In this document: positions 60,401-64,000 of the stretch, piece by piece
Position numbering within the stretch: the stretch's first letter is position 1
Layout of the letters: each line of letters begins with the position of its first letter
NCBI GenBank assembly: GCA_002505405.1
Contig: DAVD01000012.1
Span: 39,809-103,808 of the forward strand
DNA: 64,000 nucleotides
DNA from: Candidatus Poseidonia alphae
GTDB taxonomy: Archaea > Thermoplasmatota > Poseidoniia > Poseidoniales > Poseidoniaceae
Direction: 5' to 3'
Made by a program: the position numbers and the translations under genes
The notes under the pieces: generated by a model
Databases searched by the model: none
What the model was told of the DNA's origin: nothing
The model's input: the letters and a program-made list of their open reading frames with translations, nothing else

Positions 60401-62137
60401 ATTCGCTACGAATTCAAAGCCATGGACTACCACATTGGCCTCAATCGGTTGGCCGTCCAAATCAGTGAATGTCACGGGGGTTTCTTCCAAAAAGTAAGAT
60501 TCAGCCGTGTTAATTGTTGGCGAGCTTTCGCTTCCATAGTAGAGCACCCCTAGACCCGAGGCATCACCGGCTCCTTGTGCGGTGTTGATCGGTTCAAAGG
60601 ATCGAACGGTAGCGGTAGCGGTGGAGGTCTCGAGCAGGAGGGCAACATCGTGAAGTGTACCTGTTAAGTTGATCGCTTGAAGATGTGACTGTCCAACCAA
60701 ATGGACGCCATAGGTCTGTGCAAGTGTGGAAATGTCCTCTGCTGTAACATCACTGTTGATGAGATGCAGGCCTGCCGTTGAGCCTTGGTGGGCATTCAAC
60801 GAGGCAATCGTTGCAACACTTCGTTCCATTCGCATTCCGATGGAGGTATTCTCGGTGTTCATTTCACCAAGGTTGAGGTCAGCGTACCACGCGTTCACAC
60901 CAACAGAGGAAGAATCCCCCGATTGAAAGGATTTGTGAATGGAAATACCATCCCAGTCGTGTACACCACCCAATGCGTCGATTCCCGTAGATTGAACGTC
61001 CCCCAACTCCACACCGACCGCAGAAAGGAGAGAGGTTGGCGTTTGGATGTTAATTCCGACGCCATCGGTGACCACGTTCGAGTTTGCAATGTCCAAATGT
61101 CCAGCCCCTGACGCAAAGATTGCTTGCTGACTGGCTGTGATTTGGCTGTTTGTTAGTTCATGAGTGCCGCTTCCTGAGAGCGACATGCCTCGTGAAGTAT
61201 TGAGAAGGTTCAATCCATCATAGGTGCATTGTCCCGAGCATTTCATGTCCACCACGTAGCGGGAGTCCTGGTGGGTAGCATTGAATTCAACATCGTGAAG
61301 TTCAAACCCTGAAACCGAGGTCCCTAACAGCATTCGCTGTCCAGAAAAAACGGCTTGATTTATTTTGAGATCGTCTGAATTCGCAGCATCGATAGCGATG
61401 GCCAGGTCGGCTCCCACGACATTTGAGATGTTGATGGCGGCCCCTGGGTTAGCGGCGATACCAACCGCAGCATCATCAAGTTCAAGCCCGTCCACATGAA
61501 GCGAGCCACCGTGTGCCCGGACGCCAATGCCAGACTGTGACACGTCAAAATCGGTTACAATCGCAGTCCCAGATGAATCAAGTCCAACGGCTGTATCGGT
61601 CACCTCAGCATTGCTCAAGGTCAGTGACCCTGAATCAAGGTAGACCGCTTCATAGTCCATACCTTGAGCAGTCAGGTCGTCAACAATAGCGGTGCCCCCA
61701 TGTACGGCAATACCACGGTATGCATCGTTTAGGGTGAGGCCGTTAGCATTCAACGTCCCTTCTACGCGAAGTGCTGCTGAAGCGTTTGAAATCGAAACCT
61801 CGTCCAATGTTGCCGTTCCGGTGGGCGTTATAACAAGGCCAATCCACAGTCCTTGACCGTGTGAGCCTTGGGTGAGCGGGACTGTTGATGAGAAGAATGA
61901 GGTTTGGTCAGCATCCAAGGTCCCCTCAACGGTTAACGAATACGTTTTGGCGTCAACCGTTGTTCCGGGTTCAAGCGTCAGTGTAGCTCCTTGGTCAACG
62001 GTGACGTTTCCCTCAAGGGTAACGGTTCCTGACCAAGTCGTGTTAACGGTGACCGTGCTGTCTGCTGCAGGGACCATTGGAACCCAAGCCATGGTGACCA
62101 TTAGGGAGATGAGGAGAAAGGCGGGTAGGCTTCGCAT
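57455..62137 (-). CDS. Large secreted beta-helix protein with a PKD-like domain, thrombospondin type-3-like Ca-binding repeats and a C-terminal TM
   Basis: Signal peptide; GATLTLEPGTTV, WIGL/WGGL beta-helix starts; DDDNDGFTD, DTDGDTQPD, DDDGDGIPD. Confidence 0.85.
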   Translation of the reverse strand: MRSLPAFLLISLMVTMAWVPMVPAADSTVTVNTTWSGTVTLEGNVTVDQGATLTLEPGTTVDAKTYSLTVEGTLDADQTSFFSSTVPLTQGSHGQGLWIGLVITPTGTATLDEVSISNASAALRVEGTLNANGLTLNDAYRGIAVHGGTAIVDDLTAQGMDYEAVYLDSGSLTLSNAEVTDTAVGLDSSGTAIVTDFDVSQSGIGVRAHGGSLHVDGLELDDAAVGIAANPGAAINISNVVGADLAIAIDAANSDDLKINQAVFSGQRMLLGTSVSGFELHDVEFNATHQDSRYVVDMKCSGQCTYDGLNLLNTSRGMSLSGSGTHELTNSQITASQQAIFASGAGHLDIANSNVVTDGVGINIQTPTSLLSAVGVELGDVQSTGIDALGGVHDWDGISIHKSFQSGDSSSVGVNAWYADLNLGEMNTENTSIGMRMERSVATIASLNAHQGSTAGLHLINSDVTAEDISTLAQTYGVHLVGQSHLQAINLTGTLHDVALLLETSTATATVRSFEPINTAQGAGDASGLGVLYYGSESSPTINTAESYFLEETPVTFTDLDGQPIEANVVVHGFEFVANSNGALTLPLSSSGSLIDATYQGAGVRVVLTGGYIGQSVQVPIIPAGDWTIPSSKVVILGPRPDGASHQLTGSLTISDGAQLTLMNTVLIVPASESVSLLGTGVLEGEASTIEAPSLSVSPQGRLGALSSVVDEESFLTIDGDVTWNCAVQKQVNGIHFDGSLALQPYCEVRQNEGRIPTQVSVLNDAKFESFSQAYVTVLDKGSPVEGALISVAGATTQTNSNGYGFLSHPSLVVDSSGENWYGTVMLTISANGLLDFISWDTNVSFEHTFMASTLPSGTVNDWLILEKQWSPYTLSSSLILSKDATMTVQDGVSLRVSNDATITVNGTMDVDEATLASTGSGARWGGLILGDSAGASIDLAGATVVEAAPAVRINGDGSFSANGVFFARSASESLITVETGSNAEVQLRDSHLQDAGNGCLRVFQSTGIFSMSNVTLSDCGGPGLWARQTSLSVSKITLGGGIEQGLDLTGVTGQVDGVHAHAFSGTGSLISLSSIDGTFALSDVNGVTGGLGGIIGSENKALNLQDINLTGAPGIDIDRSAGTITNVHLSGDGSGTAVVFHHGRSLDPLYLTNVTIEQFAVGLGLHLDADEQATPLVVRSSSITASTSLSTEGYDVRFEDTNLLGLVENYGAHVDLVDGSHNGIEVSEGGSFNAYRTFVLDAQRNGIPLNAEFTVQFPNSSLPEMHLMGTTIDAEIIVRMITDSSDSTATAASFTATSAGSPSASIFVESLATADRNVVISLVVNQAPTAELTEPMAGGRVMEGDSIRAAVHVQDDIDGVESIIISWKVYDVSGNAVLQNGNEPVFNITDLTAGFYVVEVTATDSYGLSSSTSVDIEYTLLDTDLDWLSTCQSDTWFDSTLGRTCGPDIYDLDDDNDGFTDVKDAFPLDGCAYLDTDGDTQPDDLNCPEGVTSWLTVDMDDDGDGIPDSLEGVEADSGNDNINAIMLVVTLFGIAVLMFFARLRKGGPGEFTSIDETHL

Positions 62138-62222
62138 GATTCTGCGTTAACTCCCCGCCATATCAAACCAAAGGCTTCGCGTCAATGTTAGATTCAATTT
62201 TCTTTGAGTTTTTGAGTAGGGT

Positions 62223-62282
62223 GAGAGTAGGGTCGCACCATGTGATATGATAATTGTCTTGAAGCCCCTTGACCCTACTCTC
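62223..62282. repeat. Perfect 12-bp inverted repeat with a 36-nt spacer
   Basis: GAGAGTAGGGTC (62223-62234) and GACCCTACTCTC (62271-62282). Confidence 0.8.
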
Positions 62283-62481
62283 GATGTGGTGTCGGTCAAT
62301 TCCGCCCCCAACTGAATAAGATCGTTTTGACCCTTTATAAGGGGTCGGGGGGGTCGGCCTTTTTTTGAAAGTGGGCTAATGCTGACAGTAAATTCATTAT
62401 GGGTTAAAAATAAATTCAAAATCGAAAAAGGCCGAATTCAATTCCTAAGTCGCCAACATGTATTCATGTGTAAATCAAGGA

Positions 62482-62556
62482 TGGGCCCGCCCGGATTTGA
62501 ACCGGGGTCTGACGGCCCCCAGCCGCCAAGTATAGGCCAAGCTAACCCACGGGCCC
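62482..62556 (-). tRNA. tRNA-Pro(GGG)
   Basis: GGGCCCG/CGGGCCC acceptor stem, GGCGG-CTGGGGG-CCGTC anticodon arm, TTCAAAT T loop; follows rpoN as in many archaea. Confidence 0.95.
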
Positions 62557-62565
62557 GTTGTGATC

Positions 62566-62769
62566 TCAATTTCGAGCTGCACTGAACGGTGCGATCTCTT
62601 GAATGAGGTCGAGGTGGCCTACATACATGCGTCGGCAGCAGTAACGTGCGAGGCCCACTTCATCGAGGGCTTCGGCGTCGGTTTTGCCTTCGCTTAGCAA
62701 TATTTTGAATTCTTCCCATTTGTGGGCGACAACGGCGCCACAGCTGAAACATCGTACTGGAATAATCAT
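62566..62769 (-). CDS. rpoN: RNA polymerase subunit N (Rpo10)
   Basis: MIIPVRCFSCG, RYCCRRM. Confidence 0.97.
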   Translation of the reverse strand: MIIPVRCFSCGAVVAHKWEEFKILLSEGKTDAEALDEVGLARYCCRRMYVGHLDLIQEIAPFSAARN

Positions 62770-62778
62770 GATATCACT

Positions 62779-63216
62779 TCATCGGTAGGACTTCTGCTTC
62801 TTGCGGCGAGCACCACGGCCGAGTTGATGTTTGGCTTCCTTACGACGTGGGTCGTTCACGAGGAGGCTGCGATCAAAGCGCAGGTATTCGTCACGAAGTT
62901 CTTCGTCGATGCCTTCTGCTCCGCCGTTATAGTGGACGAGTCCACGGGCGATAGCGGTTCGGATAGCGTCGGTTTGTCCCATAATCCCTCCACCGTTGGT
63001 GGTAATGGTAATGTCAACCTTGCTCAAACGATTCATGGCGTCGGCGATAACCAGCGGCTCCATGGACTTGCGACGAGCAAGTGAAGGTTGAAGGATTTCA
63101 ATCGGTTCTGAGTTCACGCGAACTCGGCCTTTTCCGGCCTTTACCGATGCACGAGCAACGGCTGTCTTGCGCTTACCTGAGGATTCAACTGATTTTTTCT
63201 TTCTTGCTGCCATCAT
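62779..63216 (-). CDS. rps9: 30S ribosomal protein S9
   Basis: GKRKTAVARA, GGGIMGQ, C-terminal QKSYR. Confidence 0.97.
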   Translation of the reverse strand: MMAARKKKSVESSGKRKTAVARASVKAGKGRVRVNSEPIEILQPSLARRKSMEPLVIADAMNRLSKVDITITTNGGGIMGQTDAIRTAIARGLVHYNGGAEGIDEELRDEYLRFDRSLLVNDPRRKEAKHQLGRGARRKKQKSYR

Positions 63217-63707
63217 TGTTCACCTCCGGTCCATCGATGCGTTGGGGCACCCAAGTCTGCGCTGATATCGCCCAGACGGATGAAACGCTCAGGAAGGTCT
63301 CGTCGGAATTTGCTGTCGTCGCCGTGTTGGTGGCCTTCTGGTAGGTCGCCCGCCAAATGGCTTGGGCATCCAATTTCAACCCGAAGGTTGCGAAGGGCAC
63401 GACGGCCGCTGCTCTTCTTTTGGTACGGTAACATACCTCGGACAGAGCGCTTGAGAATCATATCGGGCATACGTGGGTAGAACGGACCCTTACGGGCGTG
63501 GTTCAATGCATACTTTGCATGATAGGTGTCAAGAACAGATCGTGGTCGGCCGGAAACGATTGCTTTCTCTGCGTTGATGATGATAACTTTGTCATCACGA
63601 TGCTCTCGTGCTGCTTTGAGCAAGAGTTCCGCAGAGGCAGAAGCCAAACGACCCAAAATGAGTCCGTCGGCGTCGAATACGTAGGTCGTTTCATCCAAGG
63701 ATAACAA
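63213..63707 (-). CDS. rpl13: 50S ribosomal protein L13
   Basis: DADGLILGRLAS, NAEK, RGMLP; TTG start (63698 also possible). Confidence 0.95.
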   Translation of the reverse strand: MLSLDETTYVFDADGLILGRLASASAELLLKAAREHRDDKVIIINAEKAIVSGRPRSVLDTYHAKYALNHARKGPFYPRMPDMILKRSVRGMLPYQKKSSGRRALRNLRVEIGCPSHLAGDLPEGHQHGDDSKFRRDLPERFIRLGDISADLGAPTHRWTGGEQ

Positions 63708-64000
63708 CCCCCGTGCCTGTTGGGTTTTCGTTCATCAGCTCGCTGTAGGTCATGAAACGACCTCCAGCGGCTTCTATTTTCTCACGTGCGCCGTTGCTGA
63801 CACTGTAGGCGGCGATGGTGTGACCGTTGGTCAACTCACCTGAGCCAAGCAGCTTGCCTGGTACGAGGATGGTTGCACCCTCGGGGGCGTAGCGGCTTAC
63901 ACGGCTAAGGTTAGGTTGGGCCCAATTCTTACGACTCTTTGAAAGTCGCAAGGCCACATCTCGCCAAACAGCTACTCCGGTGTCGCGAGACTGGGCTTTC
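63691..64000 (-). CDS. rpl18e: 50S ribosomal protein L18e (5'-truncated by window edge)
   Basis: WRDVA, NLSRV, VPGKLLGSG, AREKIEAAGG. Confidence 0.92.
   Translation of the reverse strand, partial: KAQSRDTGVAVWRDVALRLSKSRKNWAQPNLSRVSRYAPEGATILVPGKLLGSGELTNGHTIAAYSVSNGAREKIEAAGGRFMTYSELMNENPTGTGVVILG

Noticed and set aside
62147..62419. 90-aa minus-strand ORF in the intergenic region
   Set aside because: No recognisable motif; overlaps repeats and AT-rich DNA; probably spurious

Overview
A gene-dense archaeal chromosomal segment of roughly 50% GC (by eye). Archaeal markers are gatE, mcm, rpoN, rpl18e, Trm1, the TIGR01210/RaSEA radical SAM enzyme and two PAC2 chaperones. These sit with bacterial-type genes (NAD-dependent LigA, an AddAB-like helicase-nuclease, a DnaQ-like exonuclease, pip) and very large acidic secreted adhesin-like proteins. 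That mix most resembles Marine Group II Euryarchaeota (Poseidoniales); this assignment is inference. About 50 CDS and two tRNAs (Arg-GCG, Pro-GGG) are supported. I saw no integrase, transposase or CRISPR array. Best leads: (1) a membrane protein that aligns by eye to cbb3 oxidase subunit CcoN but lacks its metal-ligand His motifs and carries a C-terminal EF-hand pair; (2) a near-consensus Orc1/Cdc6 ORB box just upstream of mcm with no cdc6 in the window; (3) a strongly diverged TFB paralog behind a structured intergenic region; (4) a C/G-substituted TATA-like box 29-30 nt upstream of many start codons; (5) two unlinked hypothetical proteins sharing an uncharacterised domain; (6) a beta-propeller-DUF4430 plus CbrT-like S-component pair, a probable B12 uptake module. 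All family assignments come from motif recognition by eye; no searches were run.
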